Shown one piece after another: positions 5,951-13,992 of a DNA stretch of 64,000 nucleotides. The stretch is from a virus (taxonomy: Duplodnaviria; Heunggongvirae; Uroviricota; Caudoviricetes). The notes beneath the pieces are model-generated. The model was not told where the DNA came from and made no database searches. It worked only from the letters and a program-made list of their open reading frames with translations. Position 1 is the stretch's first letter. Every line of letters begins with the position of its first letter. The stretch lies in IMG/VR virus record IMGVR_UViG_3300022750_000190; one strand, given 5' to 3'. The position numbers and the translations under genes were made by a program.

Positions 5951-6019
5951 CTAGACGCTCAGTCGGGAGCCATCGCATGTTAGCGATACAGTTAGGGTTC
6001 AAATCCCTTTTCTAGACCA
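5951..6019 (+). tRNA. short (about 69 nt) tRNA-like gene with a reduced D-arm; anticodon loop AUGUUAG (GUU-like)
   Basis: Anticodon arm AUCGC-AUGUUAG-GCGAU, T-arm AGGGTTCAAATCCCT, 3' UUUCUAG-A-CCA, acceptor 5 bp. The D region is only about 14 nt. Confidence 0.3.
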
Positions 6020-6119
6020 TACGGAAGATGTTTATACAAAAAGGATAAAAGGAATTTAATTAGTTATTATTAAAATATCCAAACTCAAAAAGTCAATAAA
6101 CTTTTAAGAGGATAATAAA

Positions 6120-6326
6120 ATGAGAACTAAATTGAAGATTTACGCAATGGATTTGGGATGGAGAGGGAGCATCATTGTTGTAGCAGAAAACATGGATGAA
6201 GCAAGGAAATTAATGGAGAATGAAGCAAACTATAAGGAATACCATGAAGGAATGGATGAGAAGGAAGAAATAACGGAACACAAAATTGCAAAAGGATTTA
6301 AATGGACGGATCACGGAGATATGTAA
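6120..6326 (+). CDS. hypothetical small protein (paralog of 6529-6714)
   Basis: RBS AAGAGGA 7 nt upstream. Shares LKIYAMDLGWRGS...EEA with 6529-6714. Confidence 0.5.
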   Translation: MRTKLKIYAMDLGWRGSIIVVAENMDEARKLMENEANYKEYHEGMDEKEEITEHKIAKGFKWTDHGDM

Positions 6327-6337
6327 TAAAAATGGAA

Positions 6338-6388
6338 CTGGTTTAACCCTGAGAGTGTATAACTGATGGGCTAAACCAGTATTTTTTT
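6338..6388 (+). terminator. intrinsic terminator
   Basis: Stem CTGGTTTA/TAAACCAG followed by TATTTTTTT. Confidence 0.6.
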
Positions 6389-6407
6389 GCCTAATGAAAA
6401 ATAATCC

Positions 6408-6436
6408 TTGCTTAAAATAGACTTGCTTAGTATAAT
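6408..6436 (+). promoter_or_regulatory. sigma70-like promoter TTGCTT-17-TATAAT
   Basis: TTGCTT at 6408-6413 and TATAAT at 6431-6436. The 15-mer TGAGAGTGTATAACT at 6456-6470 is repeated from 6350-6364. Confidence 0.45.
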
Positions 6437-6528
6437 AACCACATCAAACAGAGCATGAGAGTGTATAACTAATTGCTTGATTGACAAACCAAATGAAGAT
6501 AAAGAATAATCTAATTTGGAGAAACAAA

Positions 6529-6714
6529 ATGTTAAAATTGTATGTTGCATGTATGGGTTGGGAAGGTTCTGCTGTTGCAATTGCTCACTCGAAAGAAGAA
6601 GCAATTCAGATGATTACGGAAAATCATTATCGTTTTGGAGAAGAGCATCATAAATATGTTGAAGAGTTTCCTTTTCAACAAGGTTATGTAAATGGAGATT
6701 CAGGAGACGCATAA
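6529..6714 (+). CDS. hypothetical small protein (paralog of 6120-6326)
   Basis: ATG at 6529 with GGAGAAAC upstream. The track ORF starts at 6481 in the same frame. The stop codon TAA lies in the loop of hairpin GAGACGC-ATAA-GCGTCTC. Confidence 0.5.
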   Translation: MLKLYVACMGWEGSAVAIAHSKEEAIQMITENHYRFGEEHHKYVEEFPFQQGYVNGDSGDA

Positions 6715-6793
6715 GCGTCTCAAACTACTTTTAAAGCAGCAAATCCTTTGTAGCAAGAGCTATGGTGCAAACTAACTATAGAGGATATACAAA

Positions 6794-7096
6794 ATGACTG
6801 ATGCATATATTTTAAAAGAAGTTGAAGCCGTTACTACAATCGCTAAAAATATTTTTGGTGACATTGTTCATAAAGTCTATTATGCAGAAGTGCATTATGA
6901 CCATAGAGAAGAATCTCAAACCATCAGTATGATTGATAGACAAATAACAAGTGCTTGCAACTCAGAAAAATCGATTGACCAAGATGCAAAAACAATTATT
7001 ATTGAGTTTACAAATGGTCGAAAAGTAGTATTCTCAAACTCCGAATGGGGTAGCATGGAGGCTTTTTCTGATGATGAGTATAAAAAGATTGTTTAA
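6794..7096 (+). CDS. hypothetical protein
   Basis: 100-aa ORF with RBS GAGGAT. Confidence 0.45.
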   Translation: MTDAYILKEVEAVTTIAKNIFGDIVHKVYYAEVHYDHREESQTISMIDRQITSACNSEKSIDQDAKTIIIEFTNGRKVVFSNSEWGSMEAFSDDEYKKIV

Positions 7097-7121
7097 TTGC
7101 ATCAAACAGTTAAATTAAATC

Positions 7122-7150
7122 TTGATAACCTTGTTTCATTGTTGTATGAT
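7122..7150 (+). promoter_or_regulatory. sigma70-like promoter TTGATA-17-TATGAT upstream of the tRNA at 7319
   Basis: TTGATA at 7122-7127 and TATGAT at 7145-7150. The leader contains UUCG-capped and other hairpins. Confidence 0.45.
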
Positions 7151-7318
7151 ATGTTTCTGAAAGAGTGATGTATGCACTACTGTTGATAATCCTGAGTTAT
7201 CAATGGAACGTGCCTTGCGATGACAACTTCGGTTGTTCTGACCGCATCAGTTAGACATTGAGGCTAGTTAATAACTCTCTCTTTGTGGCTGATGTGTCAG
7301 TAGATACAATGCTCCTTT

Positions 7319-7395
7319 GGGCCTTTAGCTCAGTTGGTCAGAGCACTCGACTCATAATCGATTGGTCGTAGGTTCAAGTCCTACAAGGCCCACCA
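7319..7395 (+). tRNA. tRNA with CAU anticodon (identical to 5002-5078)
   Basis: Identical 77-nt sequence. Confidence 0.8.
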
Positions 7396-7427
7396 TCTAT
7401 AAACTCACTTATTACATAGTGAAAATC

Positions 7428-7793
7428 ATGAACAAAAAAATCACGCTTGCAAAATATGTACGTAAAGTAACTACTATTACTGCGTCCGCAAAAAACAAGT
7501 GGCAGATTAATTTAGCTGATGATGGTTCAAAATTCTCTTTTCAAACAGGAGAATACTCAAAAAATTTGAAAGTAGGTGATAAAGCCTATATTGCAAAGTT
7601 AGTTCCAACTCTTGTTGGCAAGCCTTTCTTATGGGAAATCCATGAAATCCTTCTCCCAGTCAATAAGTTTTTCTTTGAACTTTATGAGAAAGAAACAGGG
7701 AAAAACAAGCGCATGAGAGAAAAGGATCTGCTAAATCATCCACAGACTTGGTTCGTTGGGAATACATTTATTGTTGAAAAGACAAAATCTTAA
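7428..7793 (+). CDS. hypothetical protein
   Basis: ATG at 7428 downstream of the tRNA. The track ORF at 7362 starts with TTG inside the tRNA gene. Confidence 0.45.
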   Translation: MNKKITLAKYVRKVTTITASAKNKWQINLADDGSKFSFQTGEYSKNLKVGDKAYIAKLVPTLVGKPFLWEIHEILLPVNKFFFELYEKETGKNKRMREKDLLNHPQTWFVGNTFIVEKTKS

Positions 7794-7823
7794 AATCAAA
7801 TTTTAAAAATATTAGGTTAAAAA

Positions 7824-8012
7824 ATGACAGACGTAAGATACGAAATTGTTAAAACGCCAAAAGAATTAAAAACCGCAACTGGTTATCTTGGCGAATGCGC
7901 CATTTATGATCACAAAAAAGAAGTCGTATATGCAGCATCACCAGCAAATATGGTTTGTTTTATGAACGGTGGTAGTCTCTATGGTATCGCTGTAAAATAT
8001 AAACCAACTTAA
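7824..8012 (+). CDS. hypothetical small protein
   Basis: 62-aa ORF with RBS AGGTTAAAAA. Confidence 0.4.
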   Translation: MTDVRYEIVKTPKELKTATGYLGECAIYDHKKEVVYAASPANMVCFMNGGSLYGIAVKYKPT

Positions 8013-8023
8013 AGGTGAAAAAC

Positions 8024-8464
8024 ATGAAAAACACTAAAATCCCTGTATCTGCTCTTATTTCTGAACTCTCAGAGAAACCTTCTCAAAATATCCAATTACT
8101 TATTGAGACTTTTAAAAAAGCACAAGAAAATGCTTCTAAAAAGCAAGCTTTGATTATTGAAATTGATTCTGATGATGATTTCTCTGTTAATGGAAAATCA
8201 CAGTTTCGTGGCGAATACATTATTGAAAAAAGTATTTCTGAAACGTTTAAAAACGCTATAGCCGGTATTAATTTTGGCTCTGATTATCTAAGTGGAAACA
8301 GTAAGTTCGATTATTTCATTGAAGGTGTTCGTAGCAAGTATGTATTGGATTCCATCAACAATGGTCACGTTTCTTTCGGTGGTAATCAAACTTTAGATGC
8401 TTACATTAAAGAACCGACTGACACATTATATCTTGGTGATTTAGAAATTGATCTCAAGAGTTAA
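8024..8464 (+). CDS. hypothetical protein
   Basis: ATG at 8024 with AAGGTGA upstream. The track begins at GTG 8015. Confidence 0.5.
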   Translation: MKNTKIPVSALISELSEKPSQNIQLLIETFKKAQENASKKQALIIEIDSDDDFSVNGKSQFRGEYIIEKSISETFKNAIAGINFGSDYLSGNSKFDYFIEGVRSKYVLDSINNGHVSFGGNQTLDAYIKEPTDTLYLGDLEIDLKS

Positions 8465-8480
8465 TTTAAAATAAAATAAA

Positions 8481-8508
8481 AAAACCACCATAAAGTGGTT
8501 TTTATTTA
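8481..8508. terminator. bidirectional intrinsic terminator
   Basis: AAAAAACCACCATAAAGTGGTTTTTATTT sits between convergent gene blocks. Confidence 0.6.
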
Positions 8509-8515
8509 ACTAAAT

Positions 8516-8887
8516 TTAAATAACAATTTTAATATCAAGTTCGTTACTTTTAGGAATGGTTTTTAGATATAAAAGACTATTATCAATGAGTATACTGCAT
8601 GTGCAGACTTTTTCTGGATTATAGGTAACACTTGACTGAATAGATAATACTTGAAACACTACAATTTTGAAATGTTCAAGCGAAAGGTCCATCAACTCTT
8701 CTTGAATATATTTATAAAAAACTTGATCCATTTCACCAAACCTTCTTAATAGAAAGTCACCTTCATTCGTTATCCTTACATAACTGCCTTCTGGTTTGTT
8801 GTGCAAAATTTCTTTAACTAAATTTAGCAACTTAATAGATACAATTTTTCTTGCTTCAATAGAATCTTTCTCTACTTCATTTTTCAT
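8516..8887 (-). CDS. hypothetical protein
   Basis: 123-aa ORF with a GGAAA RBS on the minus strand. Confidence 0.5.
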   Translation of the reverse strand: MKNEVEKDSIEARKIVSIKLLNLVKEILHNKPEGSYVRITNEGDFLLRRFGEMDQVFYKYIQEELMDLSLEHFKIVVFQVLSIQSSVTYNPEKVCTCSILIDNSLLYLKTIPKSNELDIKIVI

Positions 8888-8944
8888 TTTTTATTTTCCA
8901 AATGGTTTTCTATTTTTTATCATTTAAGACTTAAAAATGCAAAT

Positions 8945-8964
8945 AAAAAACCACCTTTCGGTGG
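8945..8964 (-). terminator. intrinsic terminator (minus strand)
   Basis: CCACC-TTTC-GGTGG hairpin with a U-tract on the minus strand. Confidence 0.5.
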
Positions 8965-8985
8965 CTTAGTATTCTTTCAATGTCA

Positions 8986-9207
8986 TTACATCTTCGATAG
9001 CAAATCTATAATATCTTGCTTCGATTTAGGAGAAAGTCTAGCAATTTCTTCATCTCTTTCCTTTCCTCTTTTTTCCGCTTCTGGATCTATATCAGCATTC
9101 ATTGTTTCACAATATGCCAACATCTCTTCTTGTGTACTACATCCATGTCCAAGAATAGGCATGTCACCCATGTAAATAGAGCCATTAACAATTTTAAAAA
9201 TACTCAT
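8986..9207 (-). CDS. hypothetical small protein
   Basis: 73-aa ORF with RBS AGGA. Tightly packed with 9210-9659. Confidence 0.45.
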   Translation of the reverse strand: MSIFKIVNGSIYMGDMPILGHGCSTQEEMLAYCETMNADIDPEAEKRGKERDEEIARLSPKSKQDIIDLLSKM

Positions 9208-9209
9208 AA

Positions 9210-9659
9210 TTAATCCTCAATAGTGACATAATGTTCAAGCCCATTCTCATTGAAATAGGAAATATGTTCCAATTTAATGCCTTGCAGAAAATGACCATCT
9301 TCTGTTGGCATACCGTCATCGTCATCAACAAATATGAAATGTTCTTTATCATCTTTAATGAACGATACACCTTCCCCCTGACGCCATTCAATTTTATCGT
9401 ATTTACCTTCTTCTACATATTTTTCAAAATCAATATATTCACCTTGATAGCCATAACCCGTTCGTGATTTATCAATTTCTGTTTTCACAATATCAAAACA
9501 TTCAAGATAGGCTTTAAGATCTTCTTCGTTTTTAACACTGTCAATTATAAGAGGTTCTGCATAACTCCAAGCATCACGTTCGTTAACATCAGTGTAGCAA
9601 GTGCTATAATTTAAAACGAATTCATTTTTCAAACATTCAACAGGGGTAAATTTCAACAT
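9210..9659 (-). CDS. hypothetical protein
   Basis: ATG at 9659 with GAGGT 6 nt upstream. The track ORF extends to 9767. Confidence 0.5.
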   Translation of the reverse strand: MLKFTPVECLKNEFVLNYSTCYTDVNERDAWSYAEPLIIDSVKNEEDLKAYLECFDIVKTEIDKSRTGYGYQGEYIDFEKYVEEGKYDKIEWRQGEGVSFIKDDKEHFIFVDDDDGMPTEDGHFLQGIKLEHISYFNENGLEHYVTIED

Positions 9660-9766
9660 GATAAACCTCATATTTTGGTTAGACATTATAACACAAAACC
9701 TTTTCGGAATCAATAATATTCTATAGAAAACAAAGAGCGCACAAGACATCAGTGATTTTGAAATCA

Positions 9767-9795
9767 TTGATTAATAATTGAACATGTGTTATAAT
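9767..9795 (+). promoter_or_regulatory. sigma70-like promoter TTGATT-17-TATAAT in a divergent intergenic region
   Basis: TTGATT at 9767-9772 and TATAAT at 9790-9795. An imperfect inverted repeat CAGTGATTT...AAATCATTG lies immediately upstream. Confidence 0.45.
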
Positions 9796-9826
9796 CCTAC
9801 CTCGAACCAATATTGCAGGAAAAAAC

Positions 9827-10567
9827 ATGACAAACACTAAACGTCATTCTTTCAAAAAATTTGATTTTAAAGAAACAGAAAATAAACATTTTGGTTTTTC
9901 GTTTGTTAAAAAACTTGATAGCCCTTTCATCATTGATAATAATTTGATTATTGGCTACAAAACTCAAAAAATCCGCTCCAATCGTACTGGTTGTACACTA
10001 TCCAACCATATTCACAACCTGCTTATCCGAAAAATTGATAAAAATGGCAAGATTAGTAACTGGTTGCATGAAATAGAATTGAATAACTTTGAGCAGGATT
10101 TTAAAACACGCTTCTGGCAAGTCTTTAAATCCAGTAGTGATTATTTTCTATATGACCAAATTCAACTTGCAGTTGCAAAAGATATTCTGGATCAATATGA
10201 TACTGATGCACCAGATTCTATCACCTACTACATGAATGACAATAAGTATTATTGGGATATGCGTTACATGTTAAAGGCTGGGCGCGAAAACAAACGCATC
10301 GAAGCTAGACAGAATATTTTGGCTATGCAAGAACAATGGTATAAGGATGAGAATCTTTCTGCTATTTTTGATGTAGCAATGAGTGCTTCGATTTCAAGAG
10401 AGTCCAAAAATAAAGACATTAAAAAAGAAATTAAAGAAAAAGAACGTGAAATTAGAAAGATTGATAAATATTTGTCAACAGCAGTATCAATTGAATCCAC
10501 TTGGATCGAAAAAGAAGACAAACTTAAACTTGAAAAAGAATTAAGAATTCTTTACAATCAAATTTAA
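9827..10567 (+). CDS. hypothetical protein
   Basis: 246-aa ORF with a Lys/Glu-rich C-terminus. Confidence 0.5.
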   Translation: MTNTKRHSFKKFDFKETENKHFGFSFVKKLDSPFIIDNNLIIGYKTQKIRSNRTGCTLSNHIHNLLIRKIDKNGKISNWLHEIELNNFEQDFKTRFWQVFKSSSDYFLYDQIQLAVAKDILDQYDTDAPDSITYYMNDNKYYWDMRYMLKAGRENKRIEARQNILAMQEQWYKDENLSAIFDVAMSASISRESKNKDIKKEIKEKEREIRKIDKYLSTAVSIESTWIEKEDKLKLEKELRILYNQI

Positions 10568-10591
10568 TAAATTTTAAAATATATAGAATAA

Positions 10592-10622
10592 GTGTTGACA
10601 GGGAGTCAACACTATAGTATCC
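10592..10622 (+). promoter_or_regulatory. TTGACA -35 box embedded in a perfect 8-bp inverted repeat, then TATAGTATCC
   Basis: GTGTTGAC at 10592-10599 and GTCAACAC at 10605-10612. AGTATCC at 10616-10622 recurs downstream of the inverted repeat at 23829-23869. Confidence 0.4.
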
Positions 10623-10643
10623 TCGCTTTATTGAAACATATAT

Positions 10644-10808
10644 GGGCACTGTCTAACTGCGCAACTGGATTTGGATTGTACAACCAAAAGAAAGTTGCAA
10701 TTGGCGACAAACAGCGATACGAGTACTCTGCTTGGAACGTGTAAGTACAACACGGGAAGGGGAGGTGAAACTATCAAGTTGCTGGTTCGACTCCAGCAGT
10801 GTCTACCA
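10644..10808 (+). ncRNA. tRNA-like structured RNA B, about 165 nt, homolog of RNA A
   Basis: 5' GGGCACU pairs with 3' AGUGUCU then A73-CCA. C4-G69 here versus U4-A69 in RNA A is a compensatory change. T-arm GCTGGTTCGACTCCAGC. Shared blocks ATATGGGYACT, AACTGGAT and CGTGTAAGT. Confidence 0.5.
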
Positions 10809-10828
10809 ACTTTTTAAATAGGTGAATT

Positions 10829-11014
10829 ATGCATCTTAACAAAGCAAAAGCAAAAGAATATTGCGAAACTCTTGGTTATCAAATTATCGCTTATTTTGTT
10901 AATCCTCGTAATCAAGGTCAAGTTAGTTCTGTACTTGTCAATTTTTCGGAAAGTGAAAACATGAAAATTGATAGCAGAACTCTAAAACAAAGAGCGGATG
11001 TTTTCGCTTCTTAA
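10829..11014 (+). CDS. hypothetical small protein
   Basis: 61-aa ORF with RBS AGGTGA. Confidence 0.4.
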   Translation: MHLNKAKAKEYCETLGYQIIAYFVNPRNQGQVSSVLVNFSESENMKIDSRTLKQRADVFAS

Positions 11015-11028
11015 CAAAGGTAATTGTT

Positions 11029-11241
11029 ATGTTAGACTGGCAACCAATGGAAACCGTTCCATACAATATTCCTATTCTTGTTCTTCTTGAAAAAAGCAAA
11101 AATCATAGTGAACATGACTGTCGTGTCCAACATGCACTTTTCCATGAAAACATCATTACGATTGGTGATAGTTTCGTATTTGACAAGCCTAAAGCCATTG
11201 CATGGACTTATCCACCTGAAATCCCTGAACATTTGAAGTAA
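11029..11241 (+). CDS. hypothetical small protein
   Basis: 70-aa ORF with RBS AAGGTAA. Confidence 0.4.
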   Translation: MLDWQPMETVPYNIPILVLLEKSKNHSEHDCRVQHALFHENIITIGDSFVFDKPKAIAWTYPPEIPEHLK

Positions 11242-11246
11242 AACAA

Positions 11247-11307
11247 AGCCAGATATTTTTTTGGCTTTTTTACACCCATAAAAAAAGACCTTTTCAGGTC
11301 TTTTTTT
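11247..11307. terminator. two consecutive intrinsic terminators (second is bidirectional)
   Basis: AGCCA...TGGCTTTTTT, then AAAAAAGACCTTTTCAGGTCTTTTTTT. Confidence 0.6.
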
Positions 11308-11740
11308 ATTGAATGTAACGCGGAATGCCCATAAAATCGCTTGGATTTACTTTCGTTTCCTTCCATGCTCTCACTGTAGCTGACTCAGAATAATAACCGT
11401 TTGACTCTCCTAAAAATCGTAATACCACCAATCCCTTTTGAGTTGCTATTCTGTAGAATGTCCATGTATGCGAATCGTAGTATTTTGCTTCTGTATCTAT
11501 TGGGTCATCCGCATTCGAAACTTCCTCTGCCATTATTACTGGTCCTACCAACAAATCATCTAAATCACCAATGATCTCTTCTAACCAGAACCCTTCGCAG
11601 CAATCTTGCTCATGATAAAACTCGAAAACCAAACCGCATTCCGTTTTTATAAAGAACTGATCATCCTGTTTTGCTCCTTTTGTTTCCACGATTGTTTTAC
11701 CAACCAATTGTTGCAAAAGTACATTATTTTCATTGTTCAT
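11306..11740 (-). CDS. hypothetical protein
   Basis: 144-aa ORF with RBS GGAGA on the minus strand. Confidence 0.55.
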   Translation of the reverse strand: MNNENNVLLQQLVGKTIVETKGAKQDDQFFIKTECGLVFEFYHEQDCCEGFWLEEIIGDLDDLLVGPVIMAEEVSNADDPIDTEAKYYDSHTWTFYRIATQKGLVVLRFLGESNGYYSESATVRAWKETKVNPSDFMGIPRYIQ

Positions 11741-11895
11741 TTTAATTCTCCAATTAAGTATATAGAAATACTTTTCTACTTGGATTCATTTAATGAACAC
11801 GAATACTATAACAACAATATTCATTATTGTCAATTAAAACTTGCAATTTTTTTAAAACGGTTATAACATAGAAAAATACACTTAAGGTACTCAAA

Positions 11896-12759
11896 ATGTC
11901 TATCAAAATTGGAAATATGCTTTTAGAAAATAACAACCTTCTGCACAAGAACAGTATAATTGAACTTAATCACTTAAGTGAATTTAATGATTTCTTGTCT
12001 TTCACACAAAACAAAATAGTAGAAGCTATTTCGGAATTGATTGAACCCATGAATCTAAGATTGATTCGATTCAATAATGAACTACAAATCATAAAAGTAA
12101 CTGATAATGAAAATGAATATTCAGCAACTCAACATTATCTAATGTTGAACAAATACTCTCTTGATGAAAATAGAGAGAATTTTGAATCTGACCTAAACTT
12201 TATTATTGGTTACAATTTGTTAATTTATATACTTTCCCAAAAGGAAGAAAACAAACATTTAGAGTTAGATGGTATTCAAATTACACAATATATTATGTCC
12301 AAAGCTTGGACTTCTGGATTTGTAACAGAAAAACAATTTGATGAATATTATATGAGTATTTACAAACATGAAAATCGAATTAATTTATTTTATAATACAA
12401 ATTATAAAACTAAACAACCATCACCTCATACTTTGGCAAAACCAATAACATTTAATTTTGGAAATTATGATTCAATTCTTACAACAGATTATATATTTAA
12501 ATATCCACATTCTGATATTGTAGTTTTTGATGATTATATTATTTTCAACCAATACGCTCATACTCTAAAAATTAAAAATAATTCCAGTTCTCTTTTTGAA
12601 CAAATTCCTGAAGGAACTTCTATGTTTAAATATATTAATAAGTTTAGAGTAGAGAAAACAAAAATAAGACCCAAGAATACAACAAGTACATTTTCTGAAA
12701 ACTATATGATTGTTTTAAGACATCAAAATCCATCAATACCAAGAATAAGTCTTTATTAA
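11896..12759 (+). CDS. hypothetical protein
   Basis: 287-aa ORF. Confidence 0.5.
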   Translation: MSIKIGNMLLENNNLLHKNSIIELNHLSEFNDFLSFTQNKIVEAISELIEPMNLRLIRFNNELQIIKVTDNENEYSATQHYLMLNKYSLDENRENFESDLNFIIGYNLLIYILSQKEENKHLELDGIQITQYIMSKAWTSGFVTEKQFDEYYMSIYKHENRINLFYNTNYKTKQPSPHTLAKPITFNFGNYDSILTTDYIFKYPHSDIVVFDDYIIFNQYAHTLKIKNNSSSLFEQIPEGTSMFKYINKFRVEKTKIRPKNTTSTFSENYMIVLRHQNPSIPRISLY

Positions 12760-12785
12760 GCCAGATTACTCTGGCTTATTTTCAT
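12757..12785. terminator. bidirectional terminator
   Basis: GCCAGATTACTCTGGC followed by TTATTTT. Confidence 0.5.
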
Positions 12786-12996
12786 TCAAAGAAATTAAGA
12801 AAGCTTTACCTTTATCAGTTATTTCGTAACAAATGCCATGAGCATCTTCTATTCTTTTAAAGAAATCCAAACCAACAAGTTTTTCTGTAACATCTTTTGC
12901 TTCTTTGTAGTTTTTCCAAATACCATCATTTCTGCAAATGTGATGACATTTGCTCGCCGCTGAAAGAGCTAATCTATCAATTTTTCTAAGTCTCAT
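12766..12996 (-). CDS. hypothetical small protein
   Basis: 76-aa ORF with RBS AGAGA on the minus strand. Confidence 0.45.
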   Translation of the reverse strand: MRLRKIDRLALSAASKCHHICRNDGIWKNYKEAKDVTEKLVGLDFFKRIEDAHGICYEITDKGKAFLISLNENKPE

Positions 12997-13129
12997 ATTC
13001 CAATTCTCTTTGCGAAATTATAACAAATTTGCATTATTATACTTCAAAACCTTACTTTATGGCAAGATATTTTGTTGCTTTAAAATTAAAAATAGAATAC
13101 ACTACCAAGCAAATTAAAGGTATGTATAT

Positions 13130-13424
13130 TATGGATAAAAAATTTGAAGATTTAACATATTCACAGCAACTTAATATTGCTCATGAGTGGATCAACGATG
13201 ACGATATAGTATCTATTTCCGAACTATTGCTTCAAACAGATGAAATCAATCAAGAAGTCATTACTCATCCTGACTACTTGATGGCTTTACCATTAGTTAA
13301 CAAAGATCCCAATTGGAAAGATTATATGGCAGAGGCTGAATTAGACGTATGTGCTAGATGGGCTTACAAAATATATCTGCACGTTAAAGGTATTGTAGAA
13401 AAAGAAGAACAAAACAAAGGTTGA
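13130..13424 (+). CDS. hypothetical protein
   Basis: ATG at 13130 with AAAGGT 9 nt upstream. The track ORF starts at 13029 in frame. Confidence 0.4.
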
Positions 13425-13473
13425 ATTAACTGCTATAACCATGTATAATCCATAAAACATATAGAGAACAACG

Positions 13474-13980
13474 ATGAATTACACCAAAGAAGAACACAGA
13501 GAATTTCTAAAAGAACTCGTACTTAAAGAATGCGAACTAGGCTTAACTCCGAAGCCTGATTTCTCGTGGGAAATGATCTTTAAATATGAAATATTTTTAA
13601 AAAATAATCTTTTCATTTCTTCGATGGTAAGTGAAGCATTGAGTCTAGAGAAAAAACCTGAAAATTTATTCGAAATTCAAAAATTTTCCATTTTGTCAGA
13701 ACAAGATAAAGCATTCATTGAAAAATTAAAAAAAGAGTTCTACAAAACCCATAATATTAAAGAAATGACTTATGCAAAAACTCTTCCACTTATTTCTGAA
13801 TTTTTCACGAAAAATCGTGGCATTGATTTTATGTCTTTAAGCGAAGAAGAACAAAATGAAAAGCTTCGGGACGAAGATAATAATGCATATGGTCAAGAAC
13901 TTTTTGATTATCTTGGATTAACTCATATTCAATTTAAATATTTATATCAAAAAAAATCCGTTTATAAACAAGTTATTTAA
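13474..13980 (+). CDS. hypothetical protein
   Basis: 168-aa ORF. Confidence 0.5.
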   Translation: MNYTKEEHREFLKELVLKECELGLTPKPDFSWEMIFKYEIFLKNNLFISSMVSEALSLEKKPENLFEIQKFSILSEQDKAFIEKLKKEFYKTHNIKEMTYAKTLPLISEFFTKNRGIDFMSLSEEEQNEKLRDEDNNAYGQELFDYLGLTHIQFKYLYQKKSVYKQVI

Positions 13981-13992
13981 GGCGAAAATAAA

